Counted from the stretch's first letter, positions 1 through 11,112 are shown. The stretch is 64,000 nucleotides of DNA from an uncultured Planctomycetota bacterium (GCA_963752285.1 CAVVXN010000005.1:640001-704000); one strand, 5' to 3'. The notes: generated by a model from the sequence alone, not told the origin. Made by a program: numbers and translations.

Positions 1-1
1 G

Positions 2-2698
2 CGGGACGTCGAGCCTTTCGATCGCGCGACGCGCGGTCCACGTCCGGACGGGCCCTCGTACGACGACCTGGTGCCCCGGCCGCGGGCCAGCGCGTGGAAC
101 GAGCTCACGGCATGGGGCCGCCGGCACCGGCGCCTCGCGGTCGTGCTCGCGACGATCGAGGTGACCGCCTTCGCGGGGCTGGTGTGGTGGGCCCAGGACC
201 AGGCGTCCGAGCGAGAGCGCGCGGTCCGCGCCTTCCAGCGGGCACAGGCCGCGGTCGTGCGCGCCGCGGCCGGCATCCGGCAGGCGGAGGGGTCCCGGCT
301 CGCGGCGCTCGCGCGGCTCGAGCAAAGCGAGGACGAGACGCTCGCCCTCGACCTCGCACGGCGCGCCGTCGAGCTGGCGCCGGAGCCCGAGTCGTACGAC
401 GCGATCTACGCGGTCCTCGGCGCCCATCGCGAGCTCGCGCGCCTGCACGGTCTCGACGGCGGAGTGACGGCGCTCGCGCTCGACCCGCACGTCCCCGGGG
501 GGCGCGTCGTCGCGGGCGACGACTCGGGGCTCGTCGTCGCGTGGGACGTGGACGGCGGGAAGGTCGCGTTCCGCGCGGTCGGGGGGACGCCGGACGCGAT
601 CCGAGCCCTCGCGGTGTCGCGCACCGGCGCGTGGGTCGCCGTGGCGGGACCCGACGAGTCGGCGCGTCTCCTCTCGGGGGCCGACGGGCGCCTGGCGTGG
701 GCCCTTCCGGAGCCCGGCGGCGGTGTGAGCGCGCTCTCGTTCTCGCCGGACGGGAGCCGCCTCGCCGTGGCCACGCGTCGCGGCGCCGTCCAGGTCGTGG
801 ACGTCCCGACGGGCGACGTGGTCTTTGAGCGGCCGATCGGAGCGGACCGCGCGGAAGGGATCGCGTTCCGACCCGACGGCCTCGAGCTGGCGTCGGTCGG
901 CTCGGACGACGTGGTGCGGTTCCTCGACGCGAGCTCCGGCGAGCGGACGGGCGACGTGACGGTCGCGCCGACCGGCAGGCGCTCGGCCCGGCGCGGGGGC
1001 GCGCGCGTCGTCTACGACCAGAACGGCCGGTTCGTGGTCGCGTCCTCGCCGGCCGGCCTCGTGCGCGCGTGGCGCGCCGCGGGGCACGAGCGCGTGCTCG
1101 CCGTGGGCGACGAGGCCCATCCGTGCGACGGGTTCGCGCTCGGCGGGTCGCGTGTGCTCGTTCGCATCCGTCCGAAGGACGGCGGCGGCGCCGTGGCGCT
1201 CGTCGTGGACCTCGAGTCGGGGAAGGGCGTCTCGCGGTTCCTCGGCCTGCCGACCTTGGAGCGGGACCTGCCGGTGGCGATCGACGAGGCGGGCGCGAGG
1301 GTGGCGCTGCCCGTCGGTGCGCTCGGGCGCTACGACGTGCGCGAGGTCTCGTCGGGCCGGAGGCTCGCCGAGATCCGCGGCCACGAGGGCGACGTGACCT
1401 CCGTCGCGTTCGCGGCCGGTGGAGCGGAGGTCGTGACGGCCTCCGCGGACCGGACCGTCCGCGTGTGGGAGGTCTTCCCGTCTCCGTGCGCCACGGGCTT
1501 CCTCGGAAGGGCGCCCGCCGAGGGACACGGCGAGGTCGCGCTGTTCCCGGACGGCGAGCGCGCGGCGGTGCTCCAGCGAGACGGGGACGGGAAGCCCGCG
1601 CGCGTGTTCACCGTGAACCTCGCGACGGGACGGGAGCTCCGGGACCTCACGATCGGCGGCGAGCCGGAGGCGCTCGTCACGGCGCGCGGCGCCGACCGCG
1701 TCGGCGTGCGGGACGCGGCCGGCACGTTGCACGTCTTCGACGGAGACGCCGAGACGGAGTCGTGGTCCGTCGCGCTCGGTCGAGAGGGGACGGTCCTCGC
1801 GCTCTTCGCAGAGGACCGCGGGCTCGCGATCGCGGGGCGCGGCGGTCGCGGCCGCGTAAAGATCGTGAGCGCGGGGCTTCCCGACGTCGGCCGCGAGGTG
1901 CCGGGTCGCGCGGCTCCGACCGCGGTGGCCCGGACGCCGGACGGGAAGGCGTTGGCCGTCGCGGGCGCCGACGGCGGCATCCGTCTGGTGGACCTCGCGT
2001 CGGGACGCGATCTCGGCTCGCGCGTCGGCCTGCCACAGGACGTGTCGGGGCTGGTCTTCGCGTACGGTGGCGCGGTGCTCGTCGCGTGGTCGTCGGAGGC
2101 GATCGACCTGATGGACGTACCGTCCCTCGCCGCGCGCGGGCGGATCGTGCCTCCGGAGGGCCGCGTCCTCGCGGTGGGGGCGAAGGGCGGAGAGCCGTGG
2201 ATCGTCGTGGTCACGGAGGACGGGCTCGCGCGCGCGTGGCCGCTGCGCCCCGCGGAGGCGGCGAAGAACGCGCTGCCGTCGCCCCTCCCTCCGAAGGGGT
2301 GGCAGCATCTCCACCTGGCCACGTCGGACGAGATCCGCGCGGCGGGCGAGGCGTACGTGGACGCCGCCCCCTCCGCGAGGGACGAGTTCGCGCTGGGGCG
2401 CGCACTCGTCGAGGCCGGTGACCTCGACGCCGCGACGAAGCGCTTCGCAAAGGCGCAGCGGCTCCGACCTGACCTCGAGTACGGCGAGCTCGGACTCGCC
2501 TTCGTGGACGCGGGTCGCGCCAGGGCCGCCCTCCCGGGCTCGCAAGACGAGCGGAAGGCCGAGGCGTCGGCGCTCGAACACTTCCGGCGCGCCGTCGAGG
2601 GCCGGGACGCGTCGCGACGCGCGCTCGCGGCCCGAGACCCCCTGCTCGCGCCGCTCGATCACCTCGAAGCCTTCCGGGAGCTCGCGAACCCGAGATGA
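2..2698 (+). CDS. WD40-repeat beta-propeller protein with C-terminal TPR; 5'-partial, probably the C-terminal part of a larger protein
   Basis: WD40 motifs (GHEGDVTSVAFAAGG...TASADRTVRVWE; VSALSFSPDGSRLAV), N-proximal hydrophobic segment, TPR-like LGRALVEAGDLDAATKRFAKAQRLRPD. The frame is open back to the window start. Confidence 0.8.
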   Translation, partial: RDVEPFDRATRGPRPDGPSYDDLVPRPRASAWNELTAWGRRHRRLAVVLATIEVTAFAGLVWWAQDQASERERAVRAFQRAQAAVVRAAAGIRQAEGSRLAALARLEQSEDETLALDLARRAVELAPEPESYDAIYAVLGAHRELARLHGLDGGVTALALDPHVPGGRVVAGDDSGLVVAWDVDGGKVAFRAVGGTPDAIRALAVSRTGAWVAVAGPDESARLLSGADGRLAWALPEPGGGVSALSFSPDGSRLAVATRRGAVQVVDVPTGDVVFERPIGADRAEGIAFRPDGLELASVGSDDVVRFLDASSGERTGDVTVAPTGRRSARRGGARVVYDQNGRFVVASSPAGLVRAWRAAGHERVLAVGDEAHPCDGFALGGSRVLVRIRPKDGGGAVALVVDLESGKGVSRFLGLPTLERDLPVAIDEAGARVALPVGALGRYDVREVSSGRRLAEIRGHEGDVTSVAFAAGGAEVVTASADRTVRVWEVFPSPCATGFLGRAPAEGHGEVALFPDGERAAVLQRDGDGKPARVFTVNLATGRELRDLTIGGEPEALVTARGADRVGVRDAAGTLHVFDGDAETESWSVALGREGTVLALFAEDRGLAIAGRGGRGRVKIVSAGLPDVGREVPGRAAPTAVARTPDGKALAVAGADGGIRLVDLASGRDLGSRVGLPQDVSGLVFAYGGAVLVAWSSEAIDLMDVPSLAARGRIVPPEGRVLAVGAKGGEPWIVVVTEDGLARAWPLRPAEAAKNALPSPLPPKGWQHLHLATSDEIRAAGEAYVDAAPSARDEFALGRALVEAGDLDAATKRFAKAQRLRPDLEYGELGLAFVDAGRARAALPGSQDERKAEASALEHFRRAVEGRDASRRALAARDPLLAPLDHLEAFRELANPR

Positions 2699-3423
2699 GA
2701 GGTTCTCGCCGGACGCGCGCGCGGCTCCTTCTCACCTGCGAGCACGCCGGGAACGCCGTCCCCCGGGAGTACGAGCGGCTGTTCATCGGTGCGCGGCGCG
2801 CGCTCGCGTCGCATCGCGGCTGGGACGCGGGTGCGCTGGACCTGGCCCGCGCGCTGGGGCGCCGCCTTCGCGTTCCCGTTCGGTGGGTTTGCTGGAGCCG
2901 GCTCCTCGTGGACCCCAACCGATCGCCGACGAACCCACGCATCTGGTCGCGCTGGACGGCTTCGCTCTCGCGTGCCGAGAAGGCGCGGATCCTCGATCGC
3001 TACTGGTGGCCCCATCGCCGGGCCGTGGAGACGGCGGTGCGCACGGCCGCCGCGAGTGGCGCGCGCGTGCTCCACGTTGCCGTCCATTCGTTCACGCCCG
3101 TGCTCGACGGTCGGACGCGGAACGCGGACATCGGCCTGCTCTACGACCCCGCGCGGGAGCTGGAGCGAGGGCTCTGTCGTGCGTGGAGAGCGGACCTGCG
3201 CACGTCGCTCCCAGACCACCGCGTGCGCCGAAACTACCCGTATCGCGGAGCGACCGACGGACTGGCGAGCTGGATGCGCCGGCGGTTCCCCGATCGGAGC
3301 TACGTGGGGATCGAGCTGGAGGTCAACCAGGCCCTCCGCGGTCGGACGGCGGACGACGACCTCGCGGACGTGCTCGCGGACTTTCTCGCGCGGCGTCGTC
3401 GATCGCGTGGCGCCGGGACGTGA
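2695..3423 (+). CDS. N-formylglutamate amidohydrolase family protein
   Basis: TCEHAGN, SHRGWD, VHSFTP, DIGLLYD, NYPY and GIELEVNQ motifs; ATGA overlap with the upstream stop. Confidence 0.9.
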   Translation: MRGSRRTRARLLLTCEHAGNAVPREYERLFIGARRALASHRGWDAGALDLARALGRRLRVPVRWVCWSRLLVDPNRSPTNPRIWSRWTASLSRAEKARILDRYWWPHRRAVETAVRTAAASGARVLHVAVHSFTPVLDGRTRNADIGLLYDPARELERGLCRAWRADLRTSLPDHRVRRNYPYRGATDGLASWMRRRFPDRSYVGIELEVNQALRGRTADDDLADVLADFLARRRRSRGAGT

Positions 3424-3579
3424 GACCCTCGGCCCCCGGAACCGTGATCGAGCGACGCGAGGTCTCGACGGACCTCGGCCGGGCGTGGGGACCTGGGCTC
3501 GACGGGTAGAATCCCACCCTCTCGGGGAGGCCCCGCACGCAGGCGAGGAGACTCCGCCGACGCAACCGGAGGAAGACGG

Positions 3580-4176
3580 ATGTGCACACGCGCGTGGGTG
3601 GTGGTGGTCGCGGCGATGGGCCTGGCCGGCTGGTTCGGTCGGGCGGCCTTCTCGGGCGACGAGCCGAAGTCCGAGGGCGCAGGGGGACAGGACACGAGCG
3701 AGCAAGCGAAGGCGCTCGCCGCGCCGGGCGAGATGCACGCCTGGTTGGCCAAGTACGACGGCACGTGGGACGTGCGCGGTGCGTTCATGGACGAGAAGGG
3801 GGCGCGCCTGCCTGCGGAGGGCACCGCGACGTTCCGCATGATCCTCGGCGGGCGCTACAGCGAACAAACGTTCTCGACCCTGGTCGGCGGGAAGCCTTTC
3901 GACGGCCACGGGATCGTGGGCTACGACAATCTGAAGAAGCAGTTCTTCAACTACTGGTTCGACAGCTGGTCCACCTACACGTTCCCCGCCTTCGGCCAGC
4001 GGAGCGAGGACGGTACGTCCGTGACGCTGAGTGGCACGTGGGAGTTCCCGGGCCTCCAGATGCCGTTCAAGCACGTCTACACGTGGGTGGATGACGATCA
4101 CGTCACCTTCCGTCTCCTCGGAACGATCCAGGGCCAGGAGATGGAGATCGCCCTCCTCCACTACACACGGAAGTAG
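3580..4176 (+). CDS. DUF1579 family secreted protein
   Basis: Signal peptide, PGEMHAWL..YDGTWDV, F.GHGIVGYDN.KKQF..YWFDS; GGAGG SD upstream. Confidence 0.8.
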   Translation: MCTRAWVVVVAAMGLAGWFGRAAFSGDEPKSEGAGGQDTSEQAKALAAPGEMHAWLAKYDGTWDVRGAFMDEKGARLPAEGTATFRMILGGRYSEQTFSTLVGGKPFDGHGIVGYDNLKKQFFNYWFDSWSTYTFPAFGQRSEDGTSVTLSGTWEFPGLQMPFKHVYTWVDDDHVTFRLLGTIQGQEMEIALLHYTRK

Positions 4177-4426
4177 TACCGGCGGCTGCGCCGCCCGTCC
4201 TGCGCCCCAGCGCAACCGGTCGGGGCGCCGCGGCCCCGAGCTCGGGTACGTGCTTCCTCGAGTGCATCCGGCGGATCGCGCTGCGAAGGCTCCAGGGGTC
4301 CACCGCCAGCAACGCGAACGACGCGCCCAAGGGGCTCTTCGTACGTGGCGCCCGGTCACCGTGGCCTCGGCCCGCCCCGGGGCCGGATGACCAGGGAGCT
4401 GCTGACGGCTGGTGGGCGAGTGCGGC

Positions 4427-5566
4427 CTAGGACGCGTGCTCCGTGACCAGCCCTGCGCCGGCGCCCAGCCGAGCCACGAGGAGGGTCACGTCGTCTTCGC
4501 TGGGGCGCAGTCCCCCGAACCGCTTCACCTCCTGCAGGATGCGCCCGGCCACCGCGTCCGGTGCCGCGCTGCCGACCTTGGCGAACAGCGCCTTCAGGGA
4601 GCCTTCGCCCCACATCTCGCCTCGATCTCCGGCTTCTCGCGCCTCGAAGAGACCGTCGGTGAAGAGAAGGAGCGTGTCGCCGATCTCGTACGTCGTGTGC
4701 CCGACGGACCGCTTGGACCGCGGGCTCGTGAGCTGCATGCCGAGCAGACCGTCCTGGGTAGACAGCTCATCGACTCCGCCCGCCGCTCGGCGCAGGAGCT
4801 GTGGCGGGTGGCCCGCCGTGGCGTACTCGATGTTCCGCGCCGGCAGATCGATGCGGAAGATCGCGAACGTGATGAACAGCATCGTATGGGCAAGGAGTAG
4901 CCGAGCCGCACGGTCGAGCTCTTCCAAGATGGCAGCGGGCCCGGCCTCCTGGACGATCAGGCGCTGCACGAGCCCGTGGATTCGACTGACGACCAGGGCC
5001 GCCGCCACGCCGTGGCCTGCGACATCGCCTACGCAGAGATAGAGCAAATCGGAACGCGGCAGGACCGCTTGAACATAGTCCCCGCCGACGAACGCGTGGG
5101 GGACGTGCCGGATCGCCACGTCCACGGCGCCGCGTCGGAGGCTTGGAGAGATGAGGCTCTGATGGATGACCTCCGCGAGAGCCAGCTCCGCGTCCGCCAC
5201 GCGCAGGAGCTGCTCCACCTTGTGGCGCTCGGTCCGTTCGGTCGTGGCTTCCGCTCGCAGATCGGCGTAGGTCTGGTCGCGAGTCCTCGCATCCGCGAGC
5301 GCCTCCAGCCTCATCCCCCGGACGATCTCGTCGCTGATGGTGCCCACCCGCCAGGCTGCGCCCACGGTCACGCCCCATCCGAAGGGCGCCAGGAGCGCCG
5401 CGAGGACGACGTAGGGGGAGGCGGACAGGCTGATCGCGAGGACCGGGATCGGGAGCGAAAGCACGAAGCCGAGCCACAGGCCCACGTTCCGGCGCACATC
5501 GTAGGTGGCGCGGGAGCGCAGCGTCCGGAGGAACGCGCCCAGGAGCGGACGGGGCGGCTCACGCAC
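4427..5566 (-). CDS. Membrane-anchored PP2C/SpoIIE (RsbU-like) protein phosphatase
   Basis: Two N-terminal TM helices, coiled coil, and GGDY, GDVAGHG, AGHPP, FTDGL and EDD motifs. Confidence 0.9.
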   Translation of the reverse strand: MREPPRPLLGAFLRTLRSRATYDVRRNVGLWLGFVLSLPIPVLAISLSASPYVVLAALLAPFGWGVTVGAAWRVGTISDEIVRGMRLEALADARTRDQTYADLRAEATTERTERHKVEQLLRVADAELALAEVIHQSLISPSLRRGAVDVAIRHVPHAFVGGDYVQAVLPRSDLLYLCVGDVAGHGVAAALVVSRIHGLVQRLIVQEAGPAAILEELDRAARLLLAHTMLFITFAIFRIDLPARNIEYATAGHPPQLLRRAAGGVDELSTQDGLLGMQLTSPRSKRSVGHTTYEIGDTLLLFTDGLFEAREAGDRGEMWGEGSLKALFAKVGSAAPDAVAGRILQEVKRFGGLRPSEDDVTLLVARLGAGAGLVTEHAS

Positions 5567-5763
5567 CGCGGGCGCCTACCACATCAACCATCGAGTCGGC
5601 CCGCCCGGTCGCGCTCATGGTCGGAGGCTACCACGCGCGAAGTGTATGGAGTCATGCTGGAGCTCGTACCTCGTACCGATCTTGCCGACGCGAGTCGGCG
5701 GGCCGGCTGTGCAAGTCGAAGCGCTCGGCACGCCCGCCGTCGCCCCCGCGGGCGGCGTGGACG

Positions 5764-6180
5764 TCAGGAGTAGCGGATGTCCTGCACCAAGACGATCGGA
5801 ACGGCCTCGGCGTCCGCCCAGTCCAGCAGCCCAGAGACGATGACCTTCTGGCCCTTGCGCCAGCGTTCGAACTGCTCGCGATCCGAGCCCGCCGACAGTC
5901 TCGAGAGAAACGTCGCGTTCACGTCGTAGCGAACCTCCTCTCCGCCTTCCTCGTCGGTGACGGTGATGCGGATCCCAGGTTCGCCGGACTCGCTCTTCGT
6001 GACCTCGACCTGGCGCACGATGCCCACGGATCGCACGGCTCGGCCGTGGTACTCCGTGGCCAGGCGCTGAAGCTGGATGCGCGTGGGGCGGCGCGTTCGG
6101 AGATCGGCGCGCTCCCGTAGGATCGCCGACGTGTAGAACACATCATCCATGAGCATCCGTCTCTGTCTGCCGCAGCCCAC
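5764..6180 (-). CDS. OB-fold (tRNA_anti-like) hypothetical protein; start uncertain
   Basis: Pattern EYHGRAVRSVGIVRQVEV...RKGQKVIVSG resembles the tRNA_anti-like OB fold. Confidence 0.5.
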   Translation of the reverse strand: MGCGRQRRMLMDDVFYTSAILRERADLRTRRPTRIQLQRLATEYHGRAVRSVGIVRQVEVTKSESGEPGIRITVTDEEGGEEVRYDVNATFLSRLSAGSDREQFERWRKGQKVIVSGLLDWADAEAVPIVLVQDIRYS

Positions 6181-6645
6181 CTGCGTCCGAACGGGACCGG
6201 GGTGCGTGGGCAGGTTCTCGTTCAGGCTACACCCGGGAGCGGGTGGGACGCGACCGCACTGCGACGGAAGCTCGGAACGACGCGTCTCGCAGCGCGGACG
6301 CGCCGCACGAACGACCCGTTGCGGAGTCGGCGGGCCGTTCGTGCGCCTTCGCGGCGTCGTTGCCCCCGGTCCGCCGGCGCGTTTCCCCCGCGCCGACTCG
6401 TCCTGTGGGAACGGCCCGTCGTTCGAGCCAACGTCGTGGCGGTGGGCCGGCGTCCAGGAACGAGAGGGTGGCGCCGCGTCCGGCTGTGGGGGGGGCCGGC
6501 GTCCGTCGCGACGTGCGCGAGGTGGTCTCCGTACGGTCCTGGGCGAGCGTGTCCCAGCGCCGTCCGGCTCGGCCGTGCGACCGTCCCGCCTCGCCGTCGC
6601 GATGCGTCTTGCGGACCCGCCGCACTGACCACGCGCAGAACGCAG

Positions 6646-8262
6646 TCACTCTCGACGCATGTCGATCACGACGCCCGTCCGATCGTGTCCGACGTCCTCG
6701 ATCTCGAAGGAGCTTCGCCCGAATTCCGGTTTCCCGTCGGAGTCGAGTCCGAACACGGAAAGCGTCCAGTGACCGGGAATCACATCGAGCGTGAACGTCG
6801 CGTTCGAGGGATCGAACGCGGCCGTCGCCGTCGCCTGGTCTTCCGTGCGGGTTCCCTGGATCTGGGCGAAGAAAAGGTGTCCTTCCGCATCGGCCGGGCG
6901 CAAGCGTCCGCTGACCCGAACGGATCGCACCACCTCGATCCCGACGCGGTCGTGATCGTGCAAGATGGCGTGTCCCAGGAAGCGCCCCCCGTCCTGGCCG
7001 TACGCGCCGTGGACGTCGAGGGTCACGTCCTCGTCGGGAACTCCCGGGAAGCCGAACCGGCCGTACTCGTCGAGAGGGACCTCGATCTGGAAGTCGCGTC
7101 CCGTGAGACGCACCGTTCCCGACACGGTCCCGCTCCCGTCCGGGAGGTCCACGCCTCCGGTGAGAGGCGTCCCCGCCACGAGGTCGATCTCCACGACCCC
7201 GTGACCCGGGACGACCCCCGTTCGCCTTGCGTACCGACCGTCGTCGAGCGGACCGACGAGAACATCGACCGGATGGCCCGCCGCCAGGGGGTTGGACGTC
7301 CAAACGCCGGAGGGGTCCACGCCGTCCGAGCGGGCGACGACCTGCTGGGTGGCGGACGACGTGACGACGATCGGGTCCTTCTGACCCGGACGCAAACCGA
7401 GGACGCGGACGCGGAGCGGATGGTTGTCGCCGACGTTCAAGTCGACCGTCCTCCCTCCGACCGTCGCCCGGCTCCAAGGCGTCGCCTCGGCCTCCTTCCC
7501 CGTGCGGCCAAAGGCCCCAGGCCTCAGCTCCACCTCGACGCCCGTGGGGTACGGGCCGAGGTAGCAGAGCGCATCGCCATCGCTCGTGTCGCCTCCCCAG
7601 ACGGCGCCCGCCGTCTCCTGCGTGAGAGGACGGTACTCGATCCGCTCGTTCGGGCGCGGCTGTCCGTGTTCGCCTACGGTGCGCACGATCAGGAGCTCGT
7701 GCGCATCCAGGACCAGATGGGCGAGCTCGGAGAGGTCGAGGGCGGAGGCGGACGACCGGGAGAATACCGTCACCCGTCCCAGACCTCCGGTCCCCCGCGT
7801 CTCCACGCGAACCGCCGTGGGTCGTCCCGGCGGAAGCGCGAGCACCGTACGACCGTCGGGCCCGGTCTGCGAGCCGGTCTCGGTGGACGCGGGTTCCTCC
7901 GTCGTGTGCGTCCCGGTCTCGATGGTCACGGTGACCGAGGCGTAGGGGACCGCCCGGCCACTTCGATCGACGATGAACACGTCCTGCGTTCGCGCACGCG
8001 CGCTCCCGCCACCACGGAGGTCGTCCGTGGCCGAGGAGGTGAGCGCCTCCGGCGCACGCGCGGTGCGTCCCGGGGGCGGGTTCCCGACGAGGACGGGGGA
8101 CTCGAGATCCGTCGGCGCCGACAAACGTCCGAGGGCGCGAGCCGGAGTGCCGCGGACACCGCGGCCTCGCACCCACCAACCGAGAAGCGCGATCGCTGCG
8201 ACGACCGCCGCGACGAACGCCGCGACTCCGATGACCCCTCGCCGGCCCCTACGCGCGAGCAT
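6646..8262 (-). CDS. Membrane-anchored protein with carboxypeptidase-regulatory-like beta-sandwich repeats
   Basis: N-terminal TM helix, repeated VDRSGRAVPYASV / TGPDGR / DEYGRFGFPGVP motifs; TAGCAT box 6 nt before ATG. Confidence 0.7.
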   Translation of the reverse strand: MLARRGRRGVIGVAAFVAAVVAAIALLGWWVRGRGVRGTPARALGRLSAPTDLESPVLVGNPPPGRTARAPEALTSSATDDLRGGGSARARTQDVFIVDRSGRAVPYASVTVTIETGTHTTEEPASTETGSQTGPDGRTVLALPPGRPTAVRVETRGTGGLGRVTVFSRSSASALDLSELAHLVLDAHELLIVRTVGEHGQPRPNERIEYRPLTQETAGAVWGGDTSDGDALCYLGPYPTGVEVELRPGAFGRTGKEAEATPWSRATVGGRTVDLNVGDNHPLRVRVLGLRPGQKDPIVVTSSATQQVVARSDGVDPSGVWTSNPLAAGHPVDVLVGPLDDGRYARRTGVVPGHGVVEIDLVAGTPLTGGVDLPDGSGTVSGTVRLTGRDFQIEVPLDEYGRFGFPGVPDEDVTLDVHGAYGQDGGRFLGHAILHDHDRVGIEVVRSVRVSGRLRPADAEGHLFFAQIQGTRTEDQATATAAFDPSNATFTLDVIPGHWTLSVFGLDSDGKPEFGRSSFEIEDVGHDRTGVVIDMRRE

Positions 8263-8853
8263 CGCCCCATGCTACGAGGAACCGCGCGGGCGGGGCGTGG
8301 CGCACGTGGACCCGAGACGGGGCAGGCGCCCCGGACGTCCGGGCGACGTGAGGCACCAGGAGGTCCTCGCACGTCGTTTGCCGCTCGGGTCCCGTCGTTC
8401 GCCCCGCGGATCCACGAAATGACCAGGCCGTCGGGCGGGCCGGCGCTCGTCCGCATGCGCCGGGAGCCCCCGGTCGTCCGGCGGACGCACCGCAACGGGT
8501 CCACGCCACGCTGGGGCCCGCAGCGCGCCTGGGACCGGTTGTCGCTTCCAGCGCCCCGTTTCCACGCCTCGAGGGTCGAACCCGGGATCAACGCGGCGGA
8601 GGGTCCTGCGTTCTCGGTCTCGATGCACCAGGAGGTGCGCAACGGCGCGGTGTACGCGGCGTTCGGCGCGTTCACCTGGAGCTTCGTCCGCCGCTTGCTG
8701 CGGGCTCGACGGGCCGGGTACACCCTCGGCTGCCGTGTGCTCGCTGTCCGAACGACGCGTCGAGCCGCGGGCCGGCACGTGCACGACTTCCGGTGCCACC
8801 AGGTCGTGACGTCCCTGGGAGATCCGGGTTGAATACGCCGTCCCGAGCCCCGT

Positions 8854-8939
8854 GCCGAAGTGGCGGAACTGGCAGACGCAGGGGATTCAAAATCCCCCGC
8901 CCCTTACCGGGCTTGAGGGTTCGAGTCCCTCCTTCGGCA
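8854..8939 (+). tRNA. tRNA-Leu (CAA), CCA not encoded
   Basis: GCCGAAG/CTTCGGC acceptor stem, D arm with TGGCAGACGC, anticodon arm GGGGA-TTCAAAA-TCCCC, long variable arm, GGTTCGAGTCC T arm. Confidence 0.97.
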
Positions 8940-9311
8940 CGCCCCTTCCTGGCCTCCGGCGGCCAGCTCCCGCCTCCGGGCGCAATCGTGACCCCCGGGG
9001 CGCCCACCTCTCCCCGACGCGCCACGGGCGGGCGCCAGTACGTCAAGCATCCCCCCAAACCGGCTTGCCTCCCGATGCGAGGCTGGCAACACCAACGAGA
9101 GCCGCACGCACGTCGAGGCCTGGGAGGCGCCGCGCCGGCTCAAGGCACCGTTCACGGCCTCGGTGCGGCGCTCCGTCACTCCGCGATTGGGCCGACGCCA
9201 CATACGCCAGCGGTCGCGTGCGATCACGTGCCAGGACACAGCCCGCGGGAGCTCGCCACGGACTGCGAGGCGTGTTGAGTCACGGAGGGGAGACCTGGGC
9301 AAGCAGTCGCC

Positions 9312-9983
9312 ATGTCGGATGTGGTTACGATGTCGTTCTGTGGGCTCTCGCGGGAGGCAATCTCAATGCGATCACTGTGGGTCGTGACGCTCGTCTCGGC
9401 GGCCGTGGGCGGCGCTACAGGCGCGGCCCTGGGATGGTGGCTCCAGGTGTCCGCGGGGGGAGAGGGAGCTACGACGCGCGCACCGGGGGCGGACAAGTTC
9501 GCGCGGATCGAGCGACGACTCGATCGGATCGAGGGGGGCATGGCCAGTGCGGCGCAGCCGGTGACAACGCCGCACGGGGCGCCCCAGAGAGCCGATGGAG
9601 CGCGCACGGGGACGAACGAGGCGGAGGAGAGGCGATGGAAGGGCTTTGCTGCCGACCTAGAAGTCCTCAAGGAACGTATCGCGGCGATCGCGGCTGCGCA
9701 GGATCTACTCGAGGAGACGGTGGGTGTTCCACCTCGGTGGCCCCGCGACCCGGCCGCGGTCGAGAAGATCCGCGACGCGTGGCAGTCGAAGCTCGAAGAG
9801 ACAGAGACGGGGCTGTGGTCCGTGTACCCGCAGGGCCCCGATCCCCGCGGAGATTTTGTGGGCTGGTCGCGGTTCGAAGACCTCCGTCGGGCCAAGGCCG
9901 CGTTCGAGGCCGCCACCGACGCGGCATCGCTCCGCGCGCTCTCTGAGGGGGAGTTTTGTTACATCTTCACCGTTACCCGATGA
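9312..9983 (+). CDS. Hypothetical membrane-anchored coiled-coil protein (start may be ATG 9366)
   Basis: Hydrophobic N-terminus (LWVVTLVSAAVGGATGAALGWWL) and amphipathic helices; GGAGG before the ATG at 9366. Confidence 0.6.
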   Translation: MSDVVTMSFCGLSREAISMRSLWVVTLVSAAVGGATGAALGWWLQVSAGGEGATTRAPGADKFARIERRLDRIEGGMASAAQPVTTPHGAPQRADGARTGTNEAEERRWKGFAADLEVLKERIAAIAAAQDLLEETVGVPPRWPRDPAAVEKIRDAWQSKLEETETGLWSVYPQGPDPRGDFVGWSRFEDLRRAKAAFEAATDAASLRALSEGEFCYIFTVTR

Positions 9984-10499
9984 GCCGCGCCTTCGCCGCC
10001 TTCGCGTGAATCGGCGCTGTGAACCGATGCTGTGTTTCCCATCGACGTGCCCGGTTGGGGGTCGGATGCTTGCACCCTCTACGCGCTGGTCCCATGGGCG
10101 GATTGGCTCGGCGGCTACGACTCCGGCGACGCGTCCGACCCGTTGCGAACCCGCCAGCCTCGCTCCTGCATGCCGGAACGCCGCGCGCGCCGATCCAGTT
10201 CGTGAACTCGTCGGAGCCGGAGCATGCCACCCACTCCATGGACGTCACGCAGTTGATCTCGACGGCAGTGCTGAGCCGCGGCTCGCGATACCACGGGCTC
10301 CTGCTCTCGCCGCGGCGCGACCCGTCGTCGGGCGCCGACTACCTCGCGTGGCGGCGCCTGTTGGGTGGGCTCCCCACGCACGGAACGTGCACGGGCCTGT
10401 TCCAAGACTTCGAACTGAAGATGACGATCGCCCACGTGGCGTAGGTACCTCCCCGGTCCCGGCGTTGACCGTCTGGCGGTCGTGGGATCCTGCCCATGC

Positions 10500-11094
10500 A
10501 AGGGGAAGCGTCGTGAACTTCACGGCTCGCTTGCGTGCCGAGGAAGCGGGTCACCGGACCTGTGCGCTGGAGTCCCCTCTCGGCACCGTCATCTGGCCCG
10601 GGGTGGCCAGCTCGCGCGCCCGGGCGCCGGCGCACCCGGCCGCCGCCCACGCCCGATCGACGTGGAGGGAAGCGCACGGTGCGGCAAGGAGGCGGCGCCG
10701 TACCTCAGACGGTTCCCCACACCGGCCCTTTGTCCGTGACACTCCGGGCGGAGACGCTCTCGATCCATGCCGCGGTGCGGTTCCGTATCTACCTCGACTG
10801 CAGGCACGGCCGGATGTGGGGGGGCCCGTCGTCGCCGGTAGCGCACATCGTCCGCCGCCCTTCCTTCGTGCGCACGCTCTCCGGGTCGAGCAGGCCTACG
10901 GCGGCCACGAGGTGCGCGACGCCACGAAGGGGCGGCTCACGATCGCTCACGACGACCTGCTGGGCGCGGTCATCGACCTCGGTGCGGTGCCCTCTGGACT
11001 CGAGGAACCGTCCGGCGCGTGTCGCACGGCCCGGTCTACTACGTGGAGAGACGACGGCGAGGCCTCGGCGCACTGCGACCGGGACCGCCCGTAG
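10500..11094 (+). pseudogene. Possible decayed or frameshifted gene remnant
   Basis: Protein-like segments in two frames (VTLRAETLSIHAAVRFRIYLDC... and ...LRVEQAYGGHEVRDATKGRLTIAHDDLLGAVIDLG) join near a G run at about 10817-10823. Confidence 0.3.
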
Positions 11095-11112
11095 CGCCGC
11101 CGCCGCGTCGGC

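Noticed and set aside
6202..8832. 876-aa plus-strand ORF
   Set aside because: Mostly antisense to the real 6646-8262 gene; Arg-rich with no domain signature.
8852..9946. 364-aa ORF starting inside tRNA-Leu
   Set aside because: It translates the tRNA itself and is off-frame to the plausible 9312-9983 gene.
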